Part shown: piece after piece, positions 24,616-33,512 of the stretch
Numbering within the stretch: position 1 is the first letter of the stretch
Layout of the letters: every line of letters begins with the position of its first letter
Virus record (IMG/VR): IMGVR_UViG_3300027976_000003
DNA: 33,512 nt
Source of the DNA: a virus
Strand: one strand, 5' to 3'
The notes under the pieces: model-generated
What the model saw: only the letters and a program-made list of their open reading frames with translations
Told to the model about the DNA's origin: nothing
Databases searched by the model: none
Program-made: the position numbers and the translations under genes

Positions 24616-25604
24616 TGGGTGCAGTTTCATTATTAATGGCGGCGACACCAGCCGGACGAAAATTTATTGTTTTTGGAAACAATAATTTCAGTTATAGGTC
24701 AGATGATGGATCTACAGGATCGTGGACTGCCGGCCCAACAAAGGGATTTAGCACCTTAGGTGGCGTGGCAGCAGGCCCAGCTGCTGGGACTCTTGTGGTT
24801 GCAGCAACAGGGTCTATTACCACAACAAAGATATCCTATGACTGGGGCGCTTCGTGGACTACGAGTTCGGCATTTTCATCAATTCCGTTTTTTGGCTTAG
24901 CATATGGTAATGGTATATACATTGGGTTACGAACAAATTCAACAACTAATAATATCTATTCAAGCAACGCACTTACTTGGTCTACATTTTCTCCACCAGA
25001 GAAATTCTCGAATATCACTTTCGCTGATGGATTATTCATCGCTGTAACAACAACAGGCAAGGTATATTCTGCAACTGATCAAAGTAATTTTACTCTAAGG
25101 CATACACTTGGAGTTTCAAAAGCATTAACAAAACCCGAATACAACAACGGTTATTGGTTAATTGGGCAAGCCGGAGCAGATGCAAGTTTTACAGGCAGAT
25201 ACTTATATTCGACAAATGGAACGAGTTGGACTGAGTCCAACTATACTGCATCACCGAGTCTTACTACTCCGGCCGTTTATGCAATCGGGGCTAATAAGAA
25301 TTCCTATATACTTTCTTGGTATCGTTATAATACAATTAGTGGCACATATGAAACAGTAATTTCCGGCAGCACTAATTTAACCAGTGCATGGGGTGCCGCT
25401 ATATCTGGTACTACGGCAGTTAGTACGAACTGCACTCAATCGGTAATTATTAGCGATTATAGCGGATCCAATGACAAAGTTGTGTTTTTACCTGGTCCGT
25501 CAGGTTCTACAACCAGTTATAAATATTCAACTAATGGTGGATCAACATTTTCAAGTCAAACCATGCCAGTATCAGCATTTTGGTATGGAGGAGTATATGC
25601 ATAA
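24615..25604 (+). CDS. BNR/Asp-box repeat beta-propeller protein (sialidase-like fold; glycan-binding or depolymerase candidate)
   Basis: The listed ORF starts at a TTG (24585). The ATG at 24615 overlaps the fibre stop (TAATG). Asp-box-like motifs are SDDGSTGSW, SYDWGASW, SSNALTW, STNGTSW and STNGGSTF, spaced about 45-60 aa apart. Confidence 0.6.
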   Translation: MGAVSLLMAATPAGRKFIVFGNNNFSYRSDDGSTGSWTAGPTKGFSTLGGVAAGPAAGTLVVAATGSITTTKISYDWGASWTTSSAFSSIPFFGLAYGNGIYIGLRTNSTTNNIYSSNALTWSTFSPPEKFSNITFADGLFIAVTTTGKVYSATDQSNFTLRHTLGVSKALTKPEYNNGYWLIGQAGADASFTGRYLYSTNGTSWTESNYTASPSLTTPAVYAIGANKNSYILSWYRYNTISGTYETVISGSTNLTSAWGAAISGTTAVSTNCTQSVIISDYSGSNDKVVFLPGPSGSTTSYKYSTNGGSTFSSQTMPVSAFWYGGVYA

Positions 25605-25809
25605 TATGAAACTCGAACCTATATCTGATATAACTATAATCAAAACTGGTATAACCACCAGTGCCACCGCTGTGCCAGTTCTATCTTTTATTGGAGTAGC
25701 ATTAGCAGATTGGGTATTAATAATTACAGCCTTATGGTTTATAATGCTGATAATCGAAAAAGGATATGGCTGGTATAAAGCGTATAAAGACAACAAGGAA
25801 AGTAAATGA
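25597..25809 (+). CDS. Small (~70 aa) membrane protein with a charged C-terminus (holin-like)
   Basis: The ATG at 25597 follows ggagg by 5 nt. The hydrophobic core AVPVLSFIGVALADWVLIITALWFIMLII is followed by EKGYGWYKAYKDNKESK. An ATGA overlap links it to the fibre 2 start. Confidence 0.45.
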   Translation: MHNMKLEPISDITIIKTGITTSATAVPVLSFIGVALADWVLIITALWFIMLIIEKGYGWYKAYKDNKESK

Positions 25810-27926
25810 GCACATTAGTCACATTAAACGGAATTCCGTATTTAATCCCAGCCACTGGCGAACAAGGCTGGGGACAGGAAGTATCTAACTACTTAATCGC
25901 ATTAGGTAGTGGCGGTGTTCTTACACTTGCTGGTGGACCATTCCCGTTACAAAGCGAAGTAAACTTTGGACCAAACTATGGCATAGCAAGCCCATATTTC
26001 CGTAGTGGTCTTAATCCAGCTTCAAGCACAGGCGTTATCCGTTTAACAAATACGGAAGCAATGGCCTGGCGTAATGCAACGGACACAGCGAATTTATCGT
26101 TGTATGTTGTTGGAAATGCGTTATATTTCAACGGTGCTCCAATTGGGGGTGCAAGTGCTAGTCCCCTTACAACTAAGGGCGATATTTACACGTTTTCTAC
26201 AGCAAACACACGCTTAGGCGTTGGCTTAAACGGGCAAGTGTTACAAGCAGATTCAAGCGACCCAACCGGTCTTAATTGGGCAACAGTTGGCGGCGTAAGT
26301 TCAGTTGTAGGATTCAGCTTTACAGATGCAAATGGAATTACAGGCATAGTTGCAACTCCAACTACTACTCCAAATCTAACATTAAGTCTTGGCGCTATCA
26401 CTCCAACCAGTGTAGCAGCAACAGGTGCACTCAGCGGAACAAACTTTTCTGGTAGTTTAAGTGGAACTTTTACTGGTGCAAGTTCGGGAACCAACACTGG
26501 TGACCAAACAATTACATTAACAGGTGATGTAACCGGCAGCGGCAGCGGTTCTTTTGCAACAACCTTAGCAACAGTGCCATTGTCAAAAGGTGGAACTGGC
26601 CAAACCACTGCTAACGCTGCATTTAATGCTCTAGCACCATCTCAAGCCACGAATAATGGTAAGGTACTTTACACTGACGGAACTGATACAAGTTGGCAAT
26701 TAGTTTCAGGTGGCGGTTCCGTAACAAGTGTAAGCAGCACATCAACACAGGGTGTAACTGTAGTAGTAACTAACCCTACAACTGTACCTGCAATTGCAAT
26801 TGGTTTAGGTGCAATAACTCCTACAAGCGTGGCTGCATCCGGTAACGTCACTGGTGCAAATATCTCTGGATCATCTAGTGGATCCAATACCGGCGACCAA
26901 ACAATTCAACTGACAGGTGATGTCTCTGGAACAGGAACTGGTACCTTTGCAGCAACTCTTGCAAATACGGCTGTAGTTGCAGGAAGTTACACCGCTGCCA
27001 ATGTTACAGTTGATAGCAAAGGGCGTATCACAGCCGCTGCCAGTGGAACTGGTAGTTCACTTGTTGGGTATACAAATTCAAGTCCAAATGGGACTTCAGC
27101 ATTTGGTGTAAACGCAATGACGCTTCTTGCAGCAGGAGCCAACTCAACTGCTGTAGGTCATGCAGCACTATCTAGTAATACTAACGGAATTAACCCACTC
27201 GACTTATCACCGTTTGGTGGACAATCAAATACAGCAGTTGGTGTAAACGCATTGTTTAGTAACACTCTCGGTTATAATAACACTGCTATAGGTGTTGAGG
27301 CCATGATGGACTTACAAAACGGTATAAACAACACCGCAATCGGATTTCGCGCGTTGTATAATGCAGTTGATGCTTCAGAAAACGTTGCAATCGGTCGCCG
27401 GGCTTTAGAAAATTTAATCTCAGGCGGAAGCAATATCGCCATTGGTGCCCGGGCTGGTCAAAGCAGCACAAATGGCTCGGATAACTTACTTGTTGGCAAT
27501 TATGTAGCCAATGGAATTACTACCGGCGCCAGCAACCTAGTACTTGGAACATCTGCTGCTAGCTCGTTAACTACAGGCAGCAACAACGTATTAATTGGTA
27601 ACTTATTATCTGTTGCAAACGTTAGTGACACAGTTAAAATACACGCCGGGACTAACGTAGGTATCCAGATTACTTCAAGTGGAGTGAGTGTAAACTCTAA
27701 TCCTTACATAACTACAGGAACTAGTACATTAGTTTCGGGTACTGTCACTGTTTTCACAACATCTGTTCGTGCAGGTAGTATTATACAACTGACACATCAA
27801 ACTATTGGTGGAACACAAGGTATGTTGAGATACGGATCGCTAACACCAAACGTTTCATTTGTGATTACAAGCAGTTCAGCTACAGACACCGGAACTGTTG
27901 GGTGGGCTGTTATCAATGCGGCGTAA
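25806..27926 (+). CDS. Tail fibre 2 (706 aa) with YadA-head-like NxAIG repeats
   Basis: The N-terminal IPATGEQGWGQEVSNYLIAL motif resembles the fibre 1 N-terminus. It has two copies of the LGAITPTSVAA..TGDQTI.LTGDV cassette that is also present in fibre 1. NTAVG/NTAIG/NVAIG/NIAIG periodic repeats follow. Confidence 0.8.
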   Translation: MSTLVTLNGIPYLIPATGEQGWGQEVSNYLIALGSGGVLTLAGGPFPLQSEVNFGPNYGIASPYFRSGLNPASSTGVIRLTNTEAMAWRNATDTANLSLYVVGNALYFNGAPIGGASASPLTTKGDIYTFSTANTRLGVGLNGQVLQADSSDPTGLNWATVGGVSSVVGFSFTDANGITGIVATPTTTPNLTLSLGAITPTSVAATGALSGTNFSGSLSGTFTGASSGTNTGDQTITLTGDVTGSGSGSFATTLATVPLSKGGTGQTTANAAFNALAPSQATNNGKVLYTDGTDTSWQLVSGGGSVTSVSSTSTQGVTVVVTNPTTVPAIAIGLGAITPTSVAASGNVTGANISGSSSGSNTGDQTIQLTGDVSGTGTGTFAATLANTAVVAGSYTAANVTVDSKGRITAAASGTGSSLVGYTNSSPNGTSAFGVNAMTLLAAGANSTAVGHAALSSNTNGINPLDLSPFGGQSNTAVGVNALFSNTLGYNNTAIGVEAMMDLQNGINNTAIGFRALYNAVDASENVAIGRRALENLISGGSNIAIGARAGQSSTNGSDNLLVGNYVANGITTGASNLVLGTSAASSLTTGSNNVLIGNLLSVANVSDTVKIHAGTNVGIQITSSGVSVNSNPYITTGTSTLVSGTVTVFTTSVRAGSIIQLTHQTIGGTQGMLRYGSLTPNVSFVITSSSATDTGTVGWAVINAA

Positions 27927-27966
27927 TAGAGAGAATTTTAAACAACTAAATACAACAAGGGGACAT

Positions 27967-28245
27967 ATGGACAAGTCAACAAAAATGAAGAGTGACGTAC
28001 TCGACTTACTTAAAGGCTTTATGATGAGTCAAGATGGTGAGAAAATAAAGCCTAAGTCTATGTCAGTTGACATTATATCAGGCAAGCCAGGCGAAAGCTT
28101 AGGTGATGTACTGGATAATGCTGCAGAACGTGCTGAATCGATGGACTACGACGCAGACAAAGAACTAACGGACGAAGAAACAGAAGACGAAGATGAGGGT
28201 AAAAAGTCTAAGCAAAGCATGAAAGACTTCTTTGCCCGTAAGTAA
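27967..28245 (+). CDS. Small acidic protein
   Basis: The ATG at 27967 follows aagggga. The listed start at 27898 overlaps fibre 2. The C-terminal half is very acidic (TDEETEDEDEG). Confidence 0.5.
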   Translation: MDKSTKMKSDVLDLLKGFMMSQDGEKIKPKSMSVDIISGKPGESLGDVLDNAAERAESMDYDADKELTDEETEDEDEGKKSKQSMKDFFARK

Positions 28246-28253
28246 GGAGCATT

Positions 28254-29297
28254 ATGGCAGATACAACTGACGATCTACTAACACGGGTCAAAAATAAAGA
28301 AACCCTTCCAGACAGTGGTGCTGCATATTCTGAATCCGTACTATTAGAATATCTAGATCAAAGTCTTAAAGGTTTTATTGTTCCAGCAATAGAGGCAACA
28401 CTCGAGGAACACTTTGTTGTTACACGAGACTTTACGATGCCAGTACAACCAAGCTATGGCGAGGGTAATCCACCAGTAAACGTAACAAACGTAATATACA
28501 TTCCAGGCGAAAGTGTTGGTATGCGTTTACGTGACATTTACTTAGTGGGCAACGATGGCAGTTTCTATAATCTACCAAGACTTACACCTACTCAAGCAGC
28601 AGCACAGAACTTTGGTAATATTAACTGGAGTATGAGTTATAATAACCAAACAGCAGCAGTGGGCGGATTCTTCCTACAAGGTAACCAAGTACAAATATTC
28701 CCATATGGGCTTGCAAATAACAAGATTATACGCATTACATTTCAACGCGCTCCAGCAGATTTAACACTTGTTGCGAATGCAGGACTTGTAACAAACGTAG
28801 TAGGTGATGTTGTAACAATCGACAAGGTGCAAAATACATGGATTAGCGGCGTAACTCGCATTAACGCTATTAAAGGCACTGCACCGCATGACTATTGCCC
28901 CGATATGACACAGAATACAGTTGTATACGGTTCATTCCCTCCATTGGATGATGTACTACTCACAAGTATTTCAGGCGGTAACGTATTAACACTACCAGCA
29001 GGTACAGGTGCAGGGATTGCAGTAGGGGATTGGATTGCGCTAAGAGGCTATTCAGTGTTTGCACAAAACATTCCTAAAGAAGTTCTACCCGCACTTGTTC
29101 AAAAGGCAGCTGAAATGTGTATACATGCAGCAGGAGATTCAGAAGGGTGGAAAGTTGCACGTACAGAATTTAGCGATATGCTTGGAATGGCACTAAAAAT
29201 GATTGCCCCGCGTGTAATTGGCAAACCAGTTAAACTGTTACCAACTAACTCGGCATTTAAAGCAAGCCGAGCACGTGGTACAGTAGGACGTAGATAA
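28254..29297 (+). CDS. Virion structural protein (adaptor/tail candidate by position)
   Basis: 347-aa ORF with SD aaggag. It lies immediately upstream of the 855-aa tail candidate. Confidence 0.4.
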   Translation: MADTTDDLLTRVKNKETLPDSGAAYSESVLLEYLDQSLKGFIVPAIEATLEEHFVVTRDFTMPVQPSYGEGNPPVNVTNVIYIPGESVGMRLRDIYLVGNDGSFYNLPRLTPTQAAAQNFGNINWSMSYNNQTAAVGGFFLQGNQVQIFPYGLANNKIIRITFQRAPADLTLVANAGLVTNVVGDVVTIDKVQNTWISGVTRINAIKGTAPHDYCPDMTQNTVVYGSFPPLDDVLLTSISGGNVLTLPAGTGAGIAVGDWIALRGYSVFAQNIPKEVLPALVQKAAEMCIHAAGDSEGWKVARTEFSDMLGMALKMIAPRVIGKPVKLLPTNSAFKASRARGTVGRR

Positions 29298-29304
29298 GGA
29301 TATT

Positions 29305-31872
29305 ATGGCTCAACCAGGCACACCGACAAGTATTATACTTGCGATTAAAGGGTTATTCCTTAATCCAAGCACATTTGGAAATAACGCTCCAACTGGTGCA
29401 CTCACGATTGCAAATAACGTTGTAATTGATCGCCCATCCGTTGTTGCAACACGCAGGGGATTCAGCAATGCATTCTCAACAATTAATACAAATGCAAGTA
29501 GTATGTTCCAATATGCAGGCGTTAAGTTATTGCATGGCACGGACAACTTATTATACGACGACCTATTAGGTAATGGTGTATATGGTGCATATGCAGGTGT
29601 TTATACAGTTCCGGATACTAATAATCCAGAAAGTAGAGTACGCGCAGTAGAAACCAATAAGAACTTCTACTTTCTAACAGGCGAAGGTACATATCGGCTG
29701 GATAGCCCATCTGGCACACCACGTTTAGCAGGTGCACCTCCTGGATTATCCGGCACAGGTGTAGTTGCAGGCGATCCAAGCGGCTTTTTACCAACTCTTA
29801 CAAATATTGCTTACAGAGTTGTATTTGGATATAAGGATGCAAACCAACAGTTAATACTTGGTGCTCCTTCAAGTAGAATTGTTGTACAAAATCCAAGTGC
29901 AAATTCGGATAACGTAGCCCTTACATTTCAAACTCCAAAAGAGATTCAAGCTAACCCGCTTAACTTCTTCTTCCAAGTATATAGAAGCGAAGCAAGCCCA
30001 AACTTAGCAACAGAACCAGATGACGAAATGGCACTTGTTTATGAAGATGTATGCACAGCAGCGGCAAGTATTACAATTAGTGATATTACACCAGACACAT
30101 TAAAGGGTGCATCGTTGTATACAAACAACGGCCAGGATGGTATATTGCAATCCAATTATCGACCACCTTGGGCATTAGATGTGTGTACATTCAAGCAATA
30201 CGCTTTCTATGCAAATACACGTAACTTACATAATGCTGAAATTACACTTATTGCAGCAGGTGCAAGTAACGGACCAGATGCATTATTAATTGGTGATACT
30301 ATCACATTTACTATGAGTGAATTTGGTGGTAATGTGTTTACACTTACAGGTGCCGCTGCAAATAATGCAGCACTTGGCGAATTTGCAGTGCAAGATAGTG
30401 GTGGTACAAATCCAGGTGGAGATATTCAAGTAACTGCAAGCAACATTGCACTAATAGCTAATGCCTATGCAACTAACACATCGTTAGATTGCTATTATAC
30501 ATCAACAGGAAACGATTTACCAGGCAAGTTACGTTTCAACAGACTTAGCCTTACAAAGAATAGTTTTGCTATTACTGTAAGTAGAGCAGCTTCGTGGGAA
30601 CAAGCAACACCAATTACTTCAACTAACGACGAACGACCAAACAGGATTTACTTTAGTAAGTTCAACCAGCCAGAAGCTGTACCGCTTGTTAACTACATAG
30701 AAGTAGGTAGTGCCAATGCTCCAATTGTGCGTGTTATACCGCTGCGAGACGGTATAATGGTGCTGAAGCAAGACGGTATTTTTCGTATAAGCAATGCAGC
30801 TCCTCCATTTACAATTACTCCTATTGATTATAACGTAAGAATTTTAGCAGCAAATACAGCAGCAGAATTGGACAACAAAGTTTACTTTCTAAGTGACCAA
30901 GGTGTAGTTGCATTAAGCGACTCAGATAGTCAAATTATGTCATTCGTATTGGATAAAACTATTATCGAGAATACAAGCCCTACATTGTTTCCAAATTTAA
31001 AGGCAACTGCGTGGGGTATTGCATACCAATCGGACAGGAAGTACATATTAAATATGCCAACAAGTTCAGTCGATGTGCAAGCACGTCAGCAGTATGTGTA
31101 TAATCACATTACTGAAGTATGGACACGTTGGACACTTGCTGTTTCGTGTGGACTTGTGTTCCGTGGCGACAGCAGATTATATCTCGGCAGCCGAAATACA
31201 GCACCAACATTGGGTAGTTATGTTTACCAAGAACGTAAAACATTTACACAAGCAGACTTTGCTGATAATGAGTACACAACTAACAATACTACAGCCGGTA
31301 ATTTACAGACTATTATTATTGATAATCCAGCATTACCACCGGGTGTAGAGTTACTTCCAGGTTGGACAGTTACACAAACTCTAACAGGTGCAGTTGCGCG
31401 TATTACAGATATTTCAGTTGGGCTTACACAAACTACACTTACTATGAGCCAAATACAAAATTGGACAGTAGGTAATGTTGTAATATATACACCAGTATAT
31501 ACTGAAGTGCAAACAATTCAAATAGACTGCGAAAACCCAGGTATGAATAAGCAATACAGTGAAATTGTTTACATATTCACTAAGCAAGACTTTAGTCAAA
31601 TTGTAAGCCGTATGAGTAGCAATACAACAGGTACGCCACAAGAGGATTATCTTATTCCTAATAGGACAGGCGGTTGGGGTATTGATCCTTGGGGAGTTAC
31701 TCCATGGGGCGGTGGGCCAAGCGGACAAGGTAAAATTCGACGTTATGTTCCGCAGAGAGTGCAACGTGCCGGATGGGTTTATGTTAACCTAACCAATGCC
31801 GAAGCATTTACCGAATTTGGATGGTCAGGATTAGAGTTGTTCTATAAAAATACTTCCAGTAGGCAGAAATAA
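29305..31872 (+). CDS. Large tail protein (nozzle/tail-tubular-B-like candidate by size and position)
   Basis: 855-aa ORF with SD aagga. Its composition looks beta-rich. The call is positional only. Confidence 0.35.
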   Translation: MAQPGTPTSIILAIKGLFLNPSTFGNNAPTGALTIANNVVIDRPSVVATRRGFSNAFSTINTNASSMFQYAGVKLLHGTDNLLYDDLLGNGVYGAYAGVYTVPDTNNPESRVRAVETNKNFYFLTGEGTYRLDSPSGTPRLAGAPPGLSGTGVVAGDPSGFLPTLTNIAYRVVFGYKDANQQLILGAPSSRIVVQNPSANSDNVALTFQTPKEIQANPLNFFFQVYRSEASPNLATEPDDEMALVYEDVCTAAASITISDITPDTLKGASLYTNNGQDGILQSNYRPPWALDVCTFKQYAFYANTRNLHNAEITLIAAGASNGPDALLIGDTITFTMSEFGGNVFTLTGAAANNAALGEFAVQDSGGTNPGGDIQVTASNIALIANAYATNTSLDCYYTSTGNDLPGKLRFNRLSLTKNSFAITVSRAASWEQATPITSTNDERPNRIYFSKFNQPEAVPLVNYIEVGSANAPIVRVIPLRDGIMVLKQDGIFRISNAAPPFTITPIDYNVRILAANTAAELDNKVYFLSDQGVVALSDSDSQIMSFVLDKTIIENTSPTLFPNLKATAWGIAYQSDRKYILNMPTSSVDVQARQQYVYNHITEVWTRWTLAVSCGLVFRGDSRLYLGSRNTAPTLGSYVYQERKTFTQADFADNEYTTNNTTAGNLQTIIIDNPALPPGVELLPGWTVTQTLTGAVARITDISVGLTQTTLTMSQIQNWTVGNVVIYTPVYTEVQTIQIDCENPGMNKQYSEIVYIFTKQDFSQIVSRMSSNTTGTPQEDYLIPNRTGGWGIDPWGVTPWGGGPSGQGKIRRYVPQRVQRAGWVYVNLTNAEAFTEFGWSGLELFYKNTSSRQK

Positions 31873-32291
31873 TGGCAATACCAGTATTTAGGCGTTTTAC
31901 AATATCGGACTACGATAAAGCCCCGAATTGGGCTAACCAAATGTTTGCACCTCTTAACTTGTTTTGTGAGGGCACTATTCAATCCTTAACTAAAGGATTA
32001 ACTATTGGTCAAAATGTTCAAGGGCAAAAACTCACAGCAACGTTTGTGACACCAAGTGATTATGCAACAGGCGGGTTCAATTCTATTGTGTATAACTATA
32101 CAGGAGGCGGTACACCTACGTGTTTGCTAATTGGAAGCATAGTAGATGTAGCAGGCACTGCATTATTGACGCCAATTAGCATAACAAGTTGGGTATTAAA
32201 TATTAATACAAGCCCGGCAACTGTAACTGTTAAATACATTGCAGGATTAACAGCAAGCACGAAATACAATATTGTGCTATTAGCACTATAA
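31872..32291 (+). CDS. Virion-block hypothetical protein
   Basis: 139-aa ORF with a TAATG overlap to the upstream gene. Confidence 0.5.
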   Translation: MAIPVFRRFTISDYDKAPNWANQMFAPLNLFCEGTIQSLTKGLTIGQNVQGQKLTATFVTPSDYATGGFNSIVYNYTGGGTPTCLLIGSIVDVAGTALLTPISITSWVLNINTSPATVTVKYIAGLTASTKYNIVLLAL

Positions 32292-32300
32292 GGATAATAT

Positions 32301-33512
32301 ATGGCATTTATAAGAAATCAAAATGTAAATGAAGGCACGCAAGATCCGTTGGAGTATAACCCAATACTCAGCTCAGCAGCTGGAACAATTGATACACCGT
32401 CTTCGACTGGTACAACATCACAAGCACCACAAAGTTCAGGTTCGTTTACTAACTTGCAGCGTTATTTAAGCGCAAATGCAGGTGGAGCGCAAGGACTGGG
32501 TAACAGAGTAGCTGGTGTAGTAGAAGGTGCCGGCACTGATGCAAGAAATGCAATGGAAACAGGTACAAACCAGTTTAAAACAGCAGTAGACCAAGGAACA
32601 ACACAATACGACTCCGGATTGCTTAATAGTGCTGCTAATAATGCAAGAAGCTTTTTAGGTAACGTTGACCTTACTAAGCAATTAGCAGGTGGATATAGTG
32701 GGCCACAAAACTTCGGCGATGTGCAAGGTGGACAGGATGCATATTCAGCACTTACAAAGGCTCAGGATAAGGCACAATTCTCCGGCAATGTTGGCGGACG
32801 AACAAGTTTAATTCGCGACATTGTAAACCAACCAGGTGGCACACAGACAAGTTCAGGTGGACTTAACCTTAACCAGTTCTTAGTACAAAACAGCCCAGTT
32901 TATAATAAAGTTGCTGATGCAGCAAATACAATTAAGCCATTGGGTGGAGAGTTTCTTGACCGTGCAACTAACTTGCAGGGTGATGTTAATACTGCACGTG
33001 GTGTTGGGCAAGCTACACGCCAACAAGCACTTGGTAGACTAAACCAAGGTGTAACTGACATTGGTAGTGCAATTGGTAGCCAATTAACCGCACAACAAAC
33101 TGCGCTTAATGCTGAAAACAGGGATGCTGATCTAAAGGCATATTTAAGTAGCATAAGTGGTGGTAATGCAACAGCACGTTCAGCAGCAGATCCTGCTGAT
33201 GGTGAGTGGAGCACCGGATTCCTTGGTCCCGAATATTACGGTAATAGGGGTGGCGGATCCCAAGGTGGTAATGCAACAGCACGTTCAGCAGCAGATCCTG
33301 CTGATGGTGAGTGGAGCACCGGATTCCTTGGTCCCGAATATTACGGTAATAGGGGTGGCGGATCCCAAGGTGGTAATGCAACAGCACGTTCAGCAGCAGA
33401 TCCTGCTGATGGTGAGTGGAGCACCGGATTCCTTGGTCCCGAATATTACGGTAATAGGGGTGGCGGATCCCAAGGTGGTAATGCAACAGCACGTTCAGCA
33501 GCAGATCCTGCT
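32301..33512 (+). CDS. 5' part of the wrap-around repeat-containing virion protein; runs off the window end and continues at nt 1 or nt 355
   Basis: The ATG at 32301 follows SD aagga by 6 nt. I translated it by hand as MAFIRNQNVNEGTQDPLEYNPILSS... and found no stop through 33512 (404 codons). It enters the 105-bp repeat at 33159 in the same frame as nt 1. It is absent from the ORF track. Confidence 0.7.
   Translation, partial: MAFIRNQNVNEGTQDPLEYNPILSSAAGTIDTPSSTGTTSQAPQSSGSFTNLQRYLSANAGGAQGLGNRVAGVVEGAGTDARNAMETGTNQFKTAVDQGTTQYDSGLLNSAANNARSFLGNVDLTKQLAGGYSGPQNFGDVQGGQDAYSALTKAQDKAQFSGNVGGRTSLIRDIVNQPGGTQTSSGGLNLNQFLVQNSPVYNKVADAANTIKPLGGEFLDRATNLQGDVNTARGVGQATRQQALGRLNQGVTDIGSAIGSQLTAQQTALNAENRDADLKAYLSSISGGNATARSAADPADGEWSTGFLGPEYYGNRGGGSQGGNATARSAADPADGEWSTGFLGPEYYGNRGGGSQGGNATARSAADPADGEWSTGFLGPEYYGNRGGGSQGGNATARSAADPA
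33159..33512 (+). repeat. Perfect 105-bp tandem repeat (3 units plus 39 nt), identical to 1..354
   Basis: Units restart at 33159, 33264, 33369 and 33474. The minus-strand ORFs 32900..33214 and 33106..33492 are shadows. Confidence 0.95.

Noticed and set aside
33106-33492. Minus-strand ORFs 33106..33492 and 32900..33214
   Set aside because: They are antisense shadows of the wrap-around coding region and its repeat. They have no SD and their periodic sequence is simply the reverse complement of the repeat.

Overview
The window looks like a complete or near-complete tailed-phage genome of about 33 kb. It is podovirus-like: I recognise no tape-measure, sheath or tail-tube genes. It is presented as a circularly closed contig. 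The last 354 nt (33159-33512) are identical to the first 354 nt (1-354). That overlap lies inside a coding, perfect 105-bp tandem repeat, so one large gene (32301..33512 joined to 1..1578) wraps the window ends and is missing from the ORF track. Rotated, the layout starts at a divergent control region at 8544-8639. A short leftward operon (8543->6782) encodes two paralogous HTH DNA-binding proteins, a small PD-(D/E)XK nuclease and two unknowns. A single long rightward transcription direction carries everything else. It begins with a small ORF, a second sigma70-like promoter and a ~310-nt structured untranslated region. Next is a minimal replication module: AEP primase-polymerase, small accessory proteins and a helicase-like ATPase, with no DNA polymerase. 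Then come an iteron/(TA)n region, terS/terL, portal, scaffold and HK97-like major capsid protein. These are followed by two repeat-rich tail fibres flanking a BNR beta-propeller and a small membrane protein, then tail/adaptor proteins. The direction ends in a block of large low-complexity virion (ejection-type) proteins, one with a C-terminal S74 intramolecular-chaperone domain. Strong Shine-Dalgarno sites and TTGACx-17-TAtaat promoters suggest a host with classical sigma70/SD signals. I saw no integrase, tRNA, CRISPR array, reverse transcriptase or recognisable endolysin. The most interesting non-genic signals are the structured element upstream of the primase and the opposed iteron arrays at about 12.5 kb, which share a TAGCA half-site. 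Two classes of 100%-identical in-frame tandem repeats (105 bp and 291 bp) in virion genes are also notable. All functional calls come from reading motifs by eye; no searches were run.
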